In this document: positions 1 through 14,015 of the stretch, piece by piece
Layout: the number at the start of each line of letters is the position of its first letter
Position numbering within the stretch: position 1 is the first letter of the stretch
Source of the DNA: Octopus vulgaris
Taxonomy: Eukaryota
Direction of reading: 5' to 3'
NCBI GenBank assembly: GCA_951406725.2
Contig: OX597840.1
Location: 11,284,001 to 11,348,000 of the forward strand
DNA: 64,000 bases
Made by a program: the position numbers and the translations under genes
Notes under the pieces: generated by a model
Told to the model about the DNA's origin: nothing
Database searches by the model: none
What the model saw: only the letters and a program-made list of their open reading frames with translations

Positions 1-499
1 TAGACTACCATTGTATGCACTATTCTACCTCTCCACACATACACACACTCACGTGCACACGTACTCACACGTGCGCGCGCTACATACACTAAACTCTATG
101 CTTTCTGTCAACATCTACTATACAACAACACGAATTGTTTTGCTCTCTCTGCCCCCCTTTTGACCAGGCTCCCGTGGCTTTTATGGGTTTTTCCACGAGT
201 AACCCTTTCAAAGCGCCTCCCCCTATTGGGAGTTTTAATTGTTACTTACATTTCATTGCTATCCTCCTTTTGTACATGGACCTTTTTTCAAACGGACAAA
301 ACCCTTTGTAACTTTCGTCCTGTGTTTTGTCCCTTTATGTTTTAATTGATTTTTGTTAGCCCTTGTGGGCAATAAGCGAACGAAATTTTACAGGGCGCCA
401 GGGGTATTTGAGAAGACTTAATAATCAGTATATTCCTCTCTTCAAACCAACTAAAAGGATTTTAAAAAATTTCTTACAGATCCTTCATGGCAGATAAAT

Positions 500-800
500 T
501 CTACCACAAGAAATGAAAAGACAAGCATTCGTTGTTGCTATATAATTATTTTAGAAACGGCACCTTTCTAAATGTTGCGAGATCTTTTCCTCATAAAAAT
601 TCGGATGGAATTGGAAGACTCTGGTGGGAATGTTTCAACTGTATTAAAGGTACGGAAGATCCTAAACTTTCGGACATTATATGGACATTGGAATTCATCC
701 ACAAGGTTCAAGACATTATCGGTAATGATCCCAGAAAACCAATGAAAGCTCTCGCCAAAGAACTTCAGGTGTCGGAGTTGACCATCAAAACTGTGTGTAC
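500..800 (+). pseudogene. Degenerate Tc1/mariner transposase, N-terminal DNA-binding region
   Basis: Translation TLEFIHKVQDIIGNDPRKPMKALAKELQVSELTIKTV matches the second HTH pattern of Tc1/mariner transposases. No catalytic domain follows. Confidence 0.55.
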
Positions 801-1215
801 GATTCTCTGGTGCATTCATGGGGGAACATCTTTGCATGTATATACAGAATCGGTTACAACGGTTGCTGAGAGCAACATAGAACATAACACGGAAAAGCAT
901 AATTTTCACATATAGTTCATAATTTAATTATGCTCATTTTGAAATTAATTATGTTTTATGTCATTGAAACAGCTGTTGAGCACAATGAAATTATGAACCA
1001 TATGTGAGCAGCTTATCTTTCAAGTCTCATATATTGAAGGTACAAATCTGTACGAGTTAGAAATCTATTTTATTAAGATTTTTGTTTCATATTTCCAAAT
1101 TCGTTCTTTAGTTGGAATCATAACATTACAAAATCCATTAAGGTTTTCGCAGTTTTCACGATCTCATTCTCAGAATAAAATTACAACGGCTATTGCCGTC
1201 GAGTTCTTTTTCATG

Positions 1216-1380
1216 AAGGCGGCGAGCTGGCAGAAACGTTAGCACGCCGGGTGAAATGCTTAGCGGTATTTCGTCTGTCGTTACGTTCTGAGTTCAAATT
1301 CAGCCAAGGTTGACTTTGCCTTTCATCCTTTCGGGGTCAATAAATAAAGTACCAGTTTCGCTCTGGGGTCGATGTAATTT
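1216..1380 (+). mobile_element. SINE family A (tRNA-headed), 3'-truncated
   Basis: Head GGCGGCGAGCTGGCAGAAACGTTAGC...GAGTTCAAATT followed by GCCTTTCATCCTTTCGGGGTC. More than 10 related copies occur in the window. Confidence 0.85.
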
Positions 1381-1488
1381 GAGCCACTTCTTCACTACAG
1401 TTTTCACTTCCTCGTCACTGGAATAATTCCGCGCCTTCAGACTATCATCTCTTTGACCCCATGAAAGAGGGTTTGAGAGGCAAACATT
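1381..1488. pseudogene. mariner transposase C-terminal fragment split into two inverted pieces
   Basis: Plus strand 1431-1488 reads APSDYHLFDPMKEGLRGKH. Minus strand 1427-1381 reads YSSDEEVKTVVKKWL, which is the expected continuation. Confidence 0.7.
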
Positions 1489-1492
1489 TATT

Positions 1493-1801
1493 ATTTGTAA
1501 GCCGAGTACTTATTCTATCGGTCTCTTTTGCCGAACCGCTAAGTTACGAGGACGTAAACACACCAGCATCGGTTGTCAAGCGATGTTGGGGGAAGGACAA
1601 ACACAAACACACAAACATACACACACACACATATATATATATATATACATATATACATATATACGACGAGCTTCTTTCAGTTTCCGTCTACCAAATCCAC
1701 TCACAAGGCTTTGGTCGGCCCGTGGCTATAGTAGAAAACAATTGATCAAGGTGCCACGCAGTGGGACTGAACCCGGAACCATGTGGCTGGTGAGTAAGCT
1801 A
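1493..1801 (-). mobile_element. SINE family B, partial
   Basis: Reverse complement of the family B body (compare 12271-12670), including the internal (TA)/(TG) tract. Confidence 0.85.
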
Positions 1802-1939
1802 CGAGTTGAATATTGGTTTGTATTCTACCATTAATACTACTTATACTAATAATACACTACATTTTTGTGGGATTCCCCATAAGGTAGGGGTATTGTCAGC
1901 TAATGTTTTTTTCTATTTAGTTTTGTTTCGTATATTGTA

Positions 1940-2975
1940 TCATAATGTACCGTAATGTACCATAATGATTCTGGTAGTGATATGTAATAGTGGAGGCGCA
2001 ATGGCCCAGTGGTTAGGGCAGCGGACTCGCGGTCGTAGGATCGCGGTTTCGATTCCCAGATCGGGCGTTGTGAGTGTTTATTGAGCGAAAACACCTAAAG
2101 CTCCACGAGGTTCCGGCAGGGGATGGTGGTGATCCCTGCTGTACTCTTTCACCACAACTTTCTCTCACTCTTACTTCCTGTTTCTGTTGTACCTGTATTT
2201 GAAGGGGCCGGCCTTGTCACTCTCTGTGTCACGCTGAATATCCCCAAGAACTACGTTAAGGGTGCACGTGTCTGTGGAGTGCTCAGCCACTTACACGTTA
2301 ATTTCACGAGCAGGCTGTTCCGTTGATCGGATCAACCGGAACCCTCGTCGTCGTAACCGACGGAGTGCTTCCTTCCTAAGTGATATGTAATAACTTCATG
2401 TGATGTAAAGCTTCATATGATCTTCTGTAATAACTCCTTGTATTGTTCTGTAACCATTTCGCATAATGTACTGTAATAATCTCATGTGATGTTCTGTAAT
2501 AATTCCAATACAATGGTCTGTAATAACTCTTTTTAATGTCTTGTAATAACATTGGATAATGTGCTGTAATGACTTTTAATATTCTGTAATAACTTATTGC
2601 AATGTGCTGTAATAACTCCTGGTAATGAGATGTAATGATCTCTTGTAATATACTTTAATAACTCCTTATCTGCTGCTCCAATAACTCCTGGTATTATACC
2701 GTAATAACATCTTGTGGTCTGTTGTAATAATGCCTCATAATGCACTGTAATAACTTCATGTAATGAGTTGTAATAACCATACATACACTGCTGCAATAAC
2801 TCTCTGTAATATGGTGCAAGTGATCCTTATAATGTAATGATTATTTCTAATATGTTGTAATAACTCCCAATAACAACACTGAACGAGCATTAAACGAGTT
2901 GTAATAACCATCTCCAACATGTAGTAATAACATCATAGAAACAGCTGTAATAACTCTCATTATGTCGTAATAACA
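1940..2975. repeat. Diverged ~21-22 bp minisatellite, interrupted by a SINE
   Basis: TGTAATAAC core recurs at roughly 21-22 bp spacing. Confidence 0.7.
1990..2378 (+). mobile_element. SINE family C, full length with 14-bp TSD
   Basis: tRNA-like A box TGGCCCAGTGG and B box GGTTTCGATTCC. AGTGATATGTAATA is duplicated at 1976-1989 and 2379-2392. Confidence 0.92.
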
Positions 2976-2984
2976 GCATAGAAC

Positions 2985-3164
2985 GAGGTATGGCTGTGTA
3001 GTAAGAAGTTTGCTTCCCAACCACATGGTTCCGGGTTCAGTCCTACTGCGTGGCACCTTGGGACAAGTGTCTGCAACTGCAGACTTGCACCGACCAAAGC
3101 CTTGCGAGTGGATTTGAAAAATGGAAACTGAAAGAAGCCCGTCGCATATACATATGTCTGTCCA

Positions 3165-3244
<80 letters not shown>

Positions 3245-3470
3245 TGTGTGTGCTTGTCTCCCATTACTGCCTGATAACCAGTGCTGGCGTGTCTACGTCC
3301 CTGTAAAATAGCGGTTCGGCAAAATATACCGATATAATAAGTATCAGGCTTACAAAAAAGTATATAAATGCTGGAGCCGATTCATTCAACTAAAAGATTC
3401 TTCAAGGCAAGTGCCCCAGCATGGCCGCAGTCTAATGACTAAAGCAAGTAAGAGATAAAACGATAAAAGA
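2985..3470 (+). mobile_element. SINE family B, older subfamily
   Basis: Diverged but colinear with family B; internal (TG)n. Confidence 0.8.
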
Positions 3471-3664
3471 CCGGACGTTGCGTTGCGTTCTTGAGCAAAG
3501 CCCTTCATTTCACGTTGCTCTGCGATCCACTTCGATACCTGACATGTGTCACCTGTTGCACCTGTACAGGTGTAATGTAGATTTCATGGAAGGAGCGAGC
3601 GTATGTGTACTATAAACATTTGGTCACTATAAACAAATAATCTGTGTGGTTGTTCGGCAAGAAA

Positions 3665-4054
3665 TTATTTTCTACTCTAGGCACAAGGCCCGAAATTTTG
3701 GGGAAGGGTGCCAGTCGATAAGATCGACCCCAGTACGCAACTAGTACTTAATTTATCGACCCCGAAAGGATGAAAGGCAAAGTCGACCTCAGTGGAATTT
3801 GAACTCAGAACGTAGCGGCAGACGAAATACCTATTTCTTTACTACCCACAAGAGGCTAAACACAGAGGGGGACAAGCAAGGACTGACAAACGGATTAAGT
3901 CGATTAAATCGACCCCAGTACGTAACTGGTACTTAATTTATCGACCCCGAAAGGATGAAAGGCAAAGTTGGCCCCGGCGGAATTTGAACTCAGACGAAAT
4001 ACCTATTTCTTTACTACCCACAAGGGGCTAAACACAGAGGGGACAAACAAGGAC
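3665..4054 (-). mobile_element. SINE family A head-to-tail array
   Basis: Repeated partial units joined at GAAATACCTATTTC (3824, 3996). Confidence 0.85.
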
Positions 4055-4289
4055 CAGCATCTGAACGACGAGAGGACAAAATCCGTAGAACATCGGAAAA
4101 CATAGCTTACAGGAATTGCTCCAGTTCTTGACCTTCGGTATCCAAACTATAACAAGGGGTCAACTTTGTCTCTGTTCTTTCGAGGAGTCGATAAAATAAG
4201 TTACCAGTTAAATACTGCCATCGATGGAATCAACTTGCATCCTCACTATTCGAAATTAATAACTTTTGCCTAATCTACAAACAACCTGC

Positions 4290-4519
4290 GTTTGTGTATG
4301 TGTGTGCACATGCATGTGTGTAAGTGTATACGTATGTGTGTATGTATGCGTGTGTGTGTGTGTGTGTGTGTGTGTATGTATGCGTGTGTGTGTGTGTGTG
4401 TGCGTGTGTGTGTGTATGTGTATATTATTGACTATTTTGCTAGAACGCGGAAGAATTATTCGAGTGTATATATTCTTTTACAGAAAAACTTCCACACTTA
4501 ATTTTTCGAATTGTGTGTA

Positions 4520-4551
<32 letters not shown>

Positions 4552-4895
4552 CATGTATGCATGCATGTACGTATGTATGTATGTATGTATGTATGTATGT
4601 ATGTGTATATGTATGTATGTGTGTGTGTATGTATGTATGTATATATGCATGTATGTATGTATGTATATATGTAGGTATGTATGTATGTATGTGTGTGTGT
4701 GTATGTATGTATGTATGTATGTATGTATGTATGCATGCATGCATGTATGTATGCATGTATGTATGTATGTATGTATGTATGTATGTATTATGTATGTATG
4801 TATGTATGTATGTGTGTATGTATGTGTGTGTGTGTGTGTGTTTCTACGCATATAGCCATGTATGTATATATATGTATGTGTATGTATATACATAC
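4290..4895. repeat. (TG)n/(TATG)n compound microsatellite
   Basis: Seen directly. Confidence 0.95.
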
Positions 4896-5383
4896 ATTTA
4901 TCTTTCTCAGACAAGATTTTAAATTAACTCAGTTCGAAAATCCGTAATATTCAAAAAAAAAAAGATATGTTCTTTCTATCTTTTTATTTACATCGGCTGA
5001 TGACGATCGGTATGTATAACGTATATACAGAGAAATATTACTAAAATTCCTACCGGCTCAAGAGATATATCACAAAATATCAAAACCTAACCTTATGTCC
5101 CGGAATAAGGTAGTATATATGCATATATGTATTTTGCTTGAGATTCCTACATTCTTTTCCGTTTCCTTCGCATAAGCTCTTATGATAGTTTTAATTCAAA
5201 TTTTAATTAACTAATCGCTATCAAGGAAGCATAACTTGTTTATAAACAGTTGAGCTATGCTGTTATTCATATGTGTATCTATTACACACAAGCACAAACA
5301 CAAGTGCAAATAAACTTCTTCAATAATGATAGTGACATGCAAATTTTTGAATATCTTTCTTTTTTGCACATAGAGAGTCAAAA

Positions 5384-5420
5384 CTATTGAAAAGGTTGCA
5401 AGACGCAACGAAAATTTTAG
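5384..5420 (+). ncRNA. Minimal type I hammerhead-like motif, U3/A8 core variant, in a ~200-bp repeat (5380-5575; further copies 5961-6168 and 62873-63110)
   Basis: CUA-UUGAAAA-G-GUUGC-AAGAC-GCAAC-GAAA-AU-UU-UAG: stem I CUA/UAG, 5-bp stem II, palindromic AAUU stem III. The copy at 5973-6009 has G12>A. Confidence 0.6.
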
Positions 5421-5825
5421 GACAAAATAAGAAAAAAGTGGAAATTTTACCGGTGAGTGTGTTAAATAATAAGGCACAAAAAGAAAATGACTCTCCCCAG
5501 ACAAAACAAAATATGCTTCAACACACGAACTCATATAAAGAATCTTGCAAACCAAATCCCCAAACAAAACATTTATAGTCTTGCCAGAAACTGCACAGAC
5601 AGATTTTGGTTGGACCGAAGCTTTAGCAGAAGACCCTTGCCCAAGATCCCACATGGTGGGACTCAAGCTGGAATCAAGGTTGGGGAGCACACATTGTGCC
5701 ACACAACCACAGCTGTGCACCATGTGTAATATATATATATATGGTGCTATTAAGTTACCAGGTGGTGCTATTAAGTTAGACATGGCCTGGGCCAATAATG
5801 GCCGAAACCTATCAAAGTATCAAAG

Positions 5826-5856
<31 letters not shown>

Positions 5857-6526
5857 TTAATGAGGGTGAGAGAATTAGATACTAATTTAATAGTATATCT
5901 ATTCTACACCAAATATATATATATATATATATTTATTTATTTATTTATTTATTTATTTTCCACTAGAAAATACTATTGAAAAGGTTGCAAGACGCAACAA
6001 AAATTTTAGGAAAATAAAAATAAGAAAAAAGTGGAAATTTTACCGGTGAGGGTGTTACATAATAAGGCACAAAAAGAAAATGACTCTCCCCAGACACAAC
6101 AGAATATGCTTCAACACACGAACTCATATAAAGAATCTTGCAAACCAAATCCAAAAGCGAAATATAATAATTGCAAGGTTTCGGTAAATACTGTACCATT
6201 TTAAATTAAATATTTTAAACTTCCATTAAGAAATTTAGCGCAACAGAAAAAAAAAAACCCCTGCTATAATTCTTTTAATTTTTTTATGTTGTCATTTTTT
6301 TATGGTGTAAGCGACCCTGTAGCCCACCAGTGTTCTAAACATCCGATTTGACTGAAGGCTTAAAAGCTTCCAGCTGGATTTTGAACAAAAAGTTATAATA
6401 CATGAAACCACGCCGTTACAGATGAGCACAATCAATATCGGACTCTAATCAATAACTTGTATTTGAATAACGGTCATTGATCATTACCAATAGTGATCTT
6501 CCACACACATTCTCCTACACAACGTG

Positions 6527-6948
<422 letters not shown>

Positions 6949-7311
6949 AGCTCACAAAATATTATTAAACATTTGCTATGGTAAAAATTACCTTCATATT
7001 TGCAATGCAAATATCTACGAGAAATGAATGGACATCACAGCAGCCTAATTTACTTTCTGTCCTTGTAAATCCTCCACCCCTAGACTACATCTTCCCTCCA
7101 CCATCCACACCAAGGCCACCCGACAATTACAATGAAACCACCCTCCAAACACTCGCCAAGCTCTGTTCCACAGACAAGACACCTTCTTTCTCGGTCATTT
7201 CTAGTTTGACCAATATTCGACTGACCTGGCCATTATCCAGACTGAACTGACCACTAATCAAAGCTGTTCCGGGTATGCGGCCCGCGGGACGTTTTGAATG
7301 GCACGCCTAAC

Positions 7312-7716
7312 GGAGGAGTGGATGTGTGGTAAGTAGCTTACTTACTAACCACATGGTTCCGGGTTCAGTCCCACTGCGTGGCACCTTGGGCAAGTGTCTT
7401 CTACAATAGCCTCGGGCCGACCAAAGCCTCGTGAGTGGATTTGGTAGACGGAAACTGAAAGAAGCCCGTCGTATATATGTATATATATATATTCCTTTAC
7501 TACCCACAGGGGCTAAACATAGAGGGGACAAATAAGGACAGACAAAGGGATTAAGTCGATTACATCGACCCCAGTGCGAAACTGGTACTTTATTTATCGA
7601 CCCCGAACGGATGAAAGCCAAAGTCAACCTCGGCGGAATTCGAACTCATAACGTAACGACAGACGAAATACCGCTAAGCATTTCGCCCTGCGCGCTAACG
7701 TTTCTGCCAGCTCGCC

Positions 7717-7806
<90 letters not shown>

Positions 7807-8090
7807 GGGGGGGGGAAATTACCACCTGTGTCATCTCTTGTGAAAGGTAGGAGAGTCCAGTTTGCTGGACATTGTTGTAGAGCTGAAAAAGAAGTAATTT
7901 CTACTCTTCTCCTCTGGAAGCCATCTACTCGCAATACCAGAGGGCGCACACTCTCCTACCCTGATGTAATCTCCAGGGATACAGGCATCCAGCAACAGGA
8001 CCTCCGTAATGCTATGATGGACCGTGAAGTCTGGCGCAACATGGTAAATTCCATTGTCTCGACCACGGTCGAACAATGATGATGATGATG

Positions 8091-8141
<51 letters not shown>

Positions 8142-8355
8142 TGCGTCTGTGTTTGTCCCCCTAGAATTGCTTGACAACCGATGCTGGTGTGTTTATGTCC
8201 CCGTCACTTAGCGGTTCGGCAAAAGAGACCGATAGAATAAGTACTGGGTTTACAAAGAATAAGTCCCGGGGTCGATTTGCTCGACTAAAGGCGGTGCTCC
8301 AGCATGGCCGCAGTCAAATGACTGAAACAAGTAAAAGAGTAAAGAGTAAAAGAGA
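7312..8355 (+). mobile_element. SINE family B with a SINE A (7490-7720, minus) and an RTE fragment nested in its internal microsatellite
   Basis: The 5' half ends near 7470 and the 3' half resumes near 8140. Confidence 0.85.
7810..8091 (+). mobile_element. RTE-type LINE 3' end with (TGA)n tail
   Basis: [16 protein letters not shown]...LLLWKP...RGRTLSYPDVISRDTG...AMMDREVWR is typical of the RTE-clade C-terminus. A longer copy lies at 44962-45368. Confidence 0.85.
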
Positions 8356-8897
8356 GTACCTTGATTTTTTTTTTCAGTAGTGCAACCCATCTGATGATGT
8401 ATCATGTGTTATGCGGGTCACTTCTTTAAAAGGGTCCTCAATGCCTGGTTTAGATCCTTAGACATCTTGGTATCATTATCCCCACCACCACCACCACCAA
8501 AAACAACAGCAACGTCACACCCATCCCACCCAATTACCACCAGTACAACAACAACACCAAAAACACCACCAACAACATAACCATTACCTCAAACCCACCA
8601 CACTCAAACACCACCACCACCACCACAACAATCATTTTTTCACCGTAAAAAAGCAAAACAACAAAAGTATTTTCTCCCTACCCCGGGTAGATAAAAAAAA
8701 AACACATGTTTTATCAGTTAATTCATGTAAAACTATATCTGGAACTCCACACCTCTTTGTCGTGGCTGCTGTCAGCGATACACGGTTAGATCCACCCGTA
8801 TCACTCCACCCCTTTTATCTGTTGTCAGCGAGTGAGTTGACTCCCCCCGATTCCCCGACTCACAAGCAACCATTTCTCTTCTTTTTTCTTTTTTTCG

Positions 8898-9191
<294 letters not shown>

Positions 9192-9711
9192 TTCTGTGGT
9201 TCCATTCGTTCGGTTTGTTATCAGTGAAACATTAACCACCGAAAACTGGCACATTCAATCCATGTGACCTTCACTGTGGAATTTAATTAACAGGTCAGGA
9301 ATATATGCTCCACGCAATCTTCCCGCGCTATCGTTTTACCTTCAGCTGTCACGAGCAATTTGCTTTCGAGGGTTTGTCCCCGTCTCCCCCCACACACACA
9401 CACACGGACCCTAACCCCACTCTTCCCCCTCCCCCACTCCAAAATCATGTAGACTCTCACAAAATTTGGCATGTTGTGCCTAAGGATTTATTCCTCACAT
9501 ATGTCACGTGTTTGCCCTACCCCCTTCTCCCCCCCTACCCCCACCGAAAACTAAATTCGCTAAGTAATTAGCAAAAACGAACTGACATTTTGTGGGGTTT
9601 TTTCTTTTTACAATAATAATTAAATTGAGTGAGCAAACTTACTTGATTTCGAGTTTCGGTCATCGTGTGTGTGTGTGTTGCGCGCACGTGTGAGTGTGTG
9701 TGCGTGCGTGG

Positions 9712-9770
<59 letters not shown>

Positions 9771-9805
9771 GTGTGTGTGTTACGTATTTATAGTAATATA
9801 TATAT

Positions 9806-10190
9806 AGGAGTGGCCGTGTGGTAAGTAGCTTGCTAACCAACCACATGGTTCCGGGTTCAGTTCCACTGCGTGGCATCTTGGGCAAGTGTCTTCTGCTATA
9901 GCCCCGGGCCGACCAAAGCCTTGTGAGTGGATTTGGTAGACGGAAACTGAAAGAAGCCTGTCGTATATATGTATATATATATGTATGTGTGTGTGTTTGT
10001 GTGCTGGTGTGTTTACATCCCCGTCACTTAGCGGTTCGGCAAAAAGAGACCGATAGAATAAGTACTGGGCTTACAAAGAATAAGTCCCGGGGTCGATTTG
10101 CTCGACTAAAAAAAAGGCGGTGCTCCAGCATGGCCGCAGTCAAATGACTGAAACAAGTAAAAGAGTAAAAGAGTAAAAGAGTAAAGAGAG
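9806..10190 (+). mobile_element. SINE family B
   Basis: Head, internal microsatellite and (GTAAAAGA)n tail. Confidence 0.9.
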
Positions 10191-10221
10191 TATATATGTA
10201 GTCAGTAACATATAAATATAT

Positions 10222-10453
10222 ATTTCTTTACTACCCACAAGGGACTAAACATAGAGGGGACAAACAAGGACAGACAAAGGGATTAAGTCGATTACATAGA
10301 CCCCAGTGCGAAACTGGTACTTTATTTATCGACCCAGAAAGGATGAAAGGCAAAGTCGACCTCGGCGGAATTTGAACTCTGAACGTAACGGCAGACGAGA
10401 TACGGCTACGCATTTCGCCCGGCGTGCTAACGGTTCTGCCAGCTCGCCGCCTT
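10222..10453 (-). mobile_element. SINE family A, full length
   Basis: Head at 10453 through the tail ...GTAGTAAAGAAATA. Confidence 0.9.
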
Positions 10454-10619
10454 ATATAAATATATATATAGTGAGTTTGTATGTGTGTGTGTACATATAT
10501 ATATCACGTGATCACGTAACCGACCAGACCATCAGATGTTGCTACACCTCGCTGGTCACAATGCATTCGCATTGTTTTAGCCTTCGAATGACGCCACCCC
10601 ACTAGCTAAGCGAGCAGGC

Positions 10620-10647
10620 CAATATATATATATATATATGTGTGTGT

Positions 10648-10695
<48 letters not shown>

Positions 10696-10934
10696 ATGTA
10701 TGTATGTATGTATGTATGTATGTATGTATGTATGTATGTATGAATGTATGTCTTTCTGTCTGTCTGTCTGTATGTATGTATGTATGTATGTATGTATGTA
10801 TGTCTGTATGTATGTGTGTATGTCTGTATGTATGTATGTATGTATGTATGTATGTATGTATGTATGTATGTATGTATGTATGCACGTACGTATGTATGTA
10901 TGTATGTATGTATGTATGTATGTATGTATGTATG

Positions 10935-11002
<68 letters not shown>

Positions 11003-11013
11003 TGTATGTATGG

Positions 11014-11046
<33 letters not shown>

Positions 11047-11097
11047 TGTACGAATGAATGTATGTATGTATGAATGTATGTATGTATGTATGTATGG

Positions 11098-11130
<33 letters not shown>

Positions 11131-11381
11131 TGAATGTATGTATGTATGAATGTATGTATGTATGTATGAATGTATGTATGTATGTATGAATGTATGTATG
11201 TATGTATGTATGTATGTATGTATGTATGTATGTATGTATGTATGAATGTATGTATGTATGTATGTATGTATGTATGTATGTATGTATGTATGAATGTATG
11301 TATGTATGAATGTATGTATGTATGTATGTATGTACGAATGAATGTATGTATGTATGAATGTATGTATGTATGTATGTATGG

Positions 11382-11414
<33 letters not shown>

Positions 11415-11489
11415 TGAATGTATGTATGTATGAATGTATGTATGTATGAATGTATGTATGTATGTATGTATGTATGTATGTATGTATGG

Positions 11490-11522
<33 letters not shown>

Positions 11523-11685
11523 TGAATGTATGTATGTATGAATGTATGTATGTATGTATGTATGTATGTATGTATGTATTATGTATGTATGTATGTATGC
11601 ATGTATGTATGTATGTATGTATGTGTGTGTGTATGTATGTATGCATGTATGAATGTATGTATGTATGTATGTATGTATGTATGTT
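10620..11685. repeat. ~1-kb (TATG)n tract with GAAT/GGAT variants
   Basis: Seen directly; blocks of variant units recur. Confidence 0.95.
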
Positions 11686-11991
11686 ATTACTATTATTGCT
11701 TTTTGTATTTATATTCGTGTAGCATCGTCCGTTTTCCTGTCCCTGTTTCGTATACATTCGATCCTTTTTCCAAGAAATCTAATGCTCGTAGCTTAGTTTT
11801 TCCTTGGGGCTGGCCGGATCGGAGCGATCTCAAGATTAATCAGCCGAAATTGCGAGGATGATCCGGTTCTTGACTGAAGATTAGAGACTTCGAATGACCC
11901 GTCCGTTTTTTTGTGTCGTCTCTTTGCGTGTTTTGCGTTCTTGTCCCATTTTGTATTTTTATATATATATTTTTATACATACATACATACA

Positions 11992-12055
<64 letters not shown>

Positions 12056-12270
12056 TTTATACACACATACATTTGAAGCTAGTATTAAAATGTTACATTA
12101 TGTTAATTGTGAAAGTGAGACAGAAAGATTGACGGAGTGATTGATTGATTGAGTGAGTGAGTGAGTGATTTGATTGATTGATTGATTGATTGATTGATGC
12201 CCAGACAGATAGAGAAACAAAGAAATATAAAAAGAAAAGGACGAAACAAAGAAAGAAAGAACAACAAAAT

Positions 12271-12670
12271 AGGCGCAGGAGTGGCTGTGTGGTAAGTAGC
12301 TTGCTTACCGACCACATGGTTCCGGGTTCAGTCCCACTGCGTGGCATCTTGGGCAAGTGTCTTCTGCTATAGCCCCGGGCCGACCAATGCCTTGTGAGTG
12401 GATTTGGTAGACGGAAACTGAAAGAAGCCTGTTGTATATATGTATATATATATATATATGTGTGTGTGTATGTGTTTGTGTGTCTGTGCTTGTCCCCCTA
12501 GCAATGCTGGTCTGTTTACGTCCCCGTCACTTAGCGGTTCGGCAAAAGAGACCGATAAAATAAGTACTGGGCTTACAAAGAATAAGTCCCGGGGTCGATT
12601 TGCTCGACTAAAGGCGGTGCTCCAGCATGGCCGCAGCCAAATGACTGAAACAAGTAAAAGAGTAAAAGAG
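12271..12670 (+). mobile_element. SINE family B, full length
   Basis: GGCGCAGGAGTGGCTGTGTGGTAAG head, GGTTCAGTCCC B box, CORE-like CTTGGGCAAGT block, internal microsatellite and tail. Confidence 0.92.
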
Positions 12671-13239
12671 AGAGAGAGAGAAAAGAAAGAAAGAAAGAAA
12701 GAAAGAAGAAAGAAAGCGAGTGAGCAAAAGGAAAAGAAGTTACGGTATGTTGTTATTACAATTAACATCCACAGAGAAGAGAGCCAAAAGTCTGTTATTT
12801 TCATATTTAGAAAGAGAGAAAAAGAGAGAAAAAGAGAGAGAGAGAGAGAGAGGGGGGTACTGTCAGTGAATAAACACGTTAACAATAGAAAAGTATTTGC
12901 TGTATTCAGAAGGTTTTTGTATGAAACAAGCGTCTGTCGTTCGCTTGGTTGTCTTTTTGATATATGATGTCAAAAAAGAAGGAATTTTTCACGTTATCTG
13001 AAGAAATCATTAGACGGGTTTTTTTTTTAGAACCTGGATGAATTATATTACACGATTCTACGGCTTTCTGCCGTAAGGTAGCTCAAGACATTTCCAATAA
13101 AATTTGAATTATGATACCAAAAAGTATTAATTCTGAACGTTTTATCAATACGGAAACTTTACGGCACTATATAGTCATTTCTCTGCGTGTCAAAGTTTAC
13201 ATCTTTTGTTACGCTGTCCTTAGAGGATTGGATATAATA

Positions 13240-13380
13240 TTAGGTTGTCCCAAAAGTTCGTAAACACTTGCGAAAATTGAATTTTTACTCGCCAAGTACT
13301 AACAAAAACAACAAAAATTATTCCTCAAAATAAAGACCATTATTTTCCAAGACTTTCTACGAACTTTTGGGACAACCTTA
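13240..13380. mobile_element. mariner-type MITE, 141 bp
   Basis: TIRs AGGTTGTCCCAAAAGTTCGTA / TACGAACTTTTGGGACAACCT, flanked by TA on both sides. Confidence 0.88.
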
Positions 13381-13648
13381 TAGTTCATAGCATAAAGACG
13401 GGCGAAATTCCGCTAATCATTTTTTCCTGCTGTTCTAACGATTCTGCCAGCTCAACGCTTAAGTAATATTAGGAATACTATTACGCAAAAATTAGCACAG
13501 CGAGCCGGAAGAGTCATTAGCAAATTGAGATGGTAAACGTTTTTAATTTTCATTCCTTTAGTGAATTTATCCTTTTTGTGGTCTTGAGATTTCTACTGCT
13601 CTTTCTAGCACAACGCTTTCCTATTTGGAAGCCTCTTATTGTATTTCT

Positions 13649-13709
<61 letters not shown>

Positions 13710-13972
13710 CTTCGAAACGTTGAGTAGATGAAACCATAGCGACTGAAGAAGGGTTTTTTTCTTTGTGTTAATTGTCCTGTACTCCATTTTTTTGTTATTT
13801 TTTTGTTGTTTTCAAAAAAATGTCCAGTTCCTTTGGTTTGTGTCTATGTTTTCGTTTCTCATTGTGTTCGACGTCTTTTTGGTGTCCTGTACTCATATAT
13901 GCGTGTATATGTACATGTAGACGTAGGTGCGTACATATATGTTTATATATATGCATATTTTTAATTTATTTA

Positions 13973-14011
<39 letters not shown>

Positions 14012-14015
<4 letters not shown>

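Noticed and set aside
1990-2070. tRNA gene
   Set aside because: The tRNA-like segment is the head of a multicopy, TSD-flanked SINE and lacks a proper acceptor stem.
4994-5075. CUGAUGA followed by a stem, possible hammerhead
   Set aside because: No GAAA/NUH in register and no stem I; at best a decayed copy.
10606-11757. Long ORFs of 383 aa and similar (also 4266-4922, 55255-55836, 56031-56867)
   Set aside because: They are translations of stop-free microsatellites such as (TACA)n and (CA)n, with no protein-like content.
13707-13755. GAAACGUU and CUGAAGA in a TA-flanked insert
   Set aside because: The two core halves are in the wrong order for a type I fold and I could not close the stems. 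It may be a truncated motif but is not supportable as it stands.
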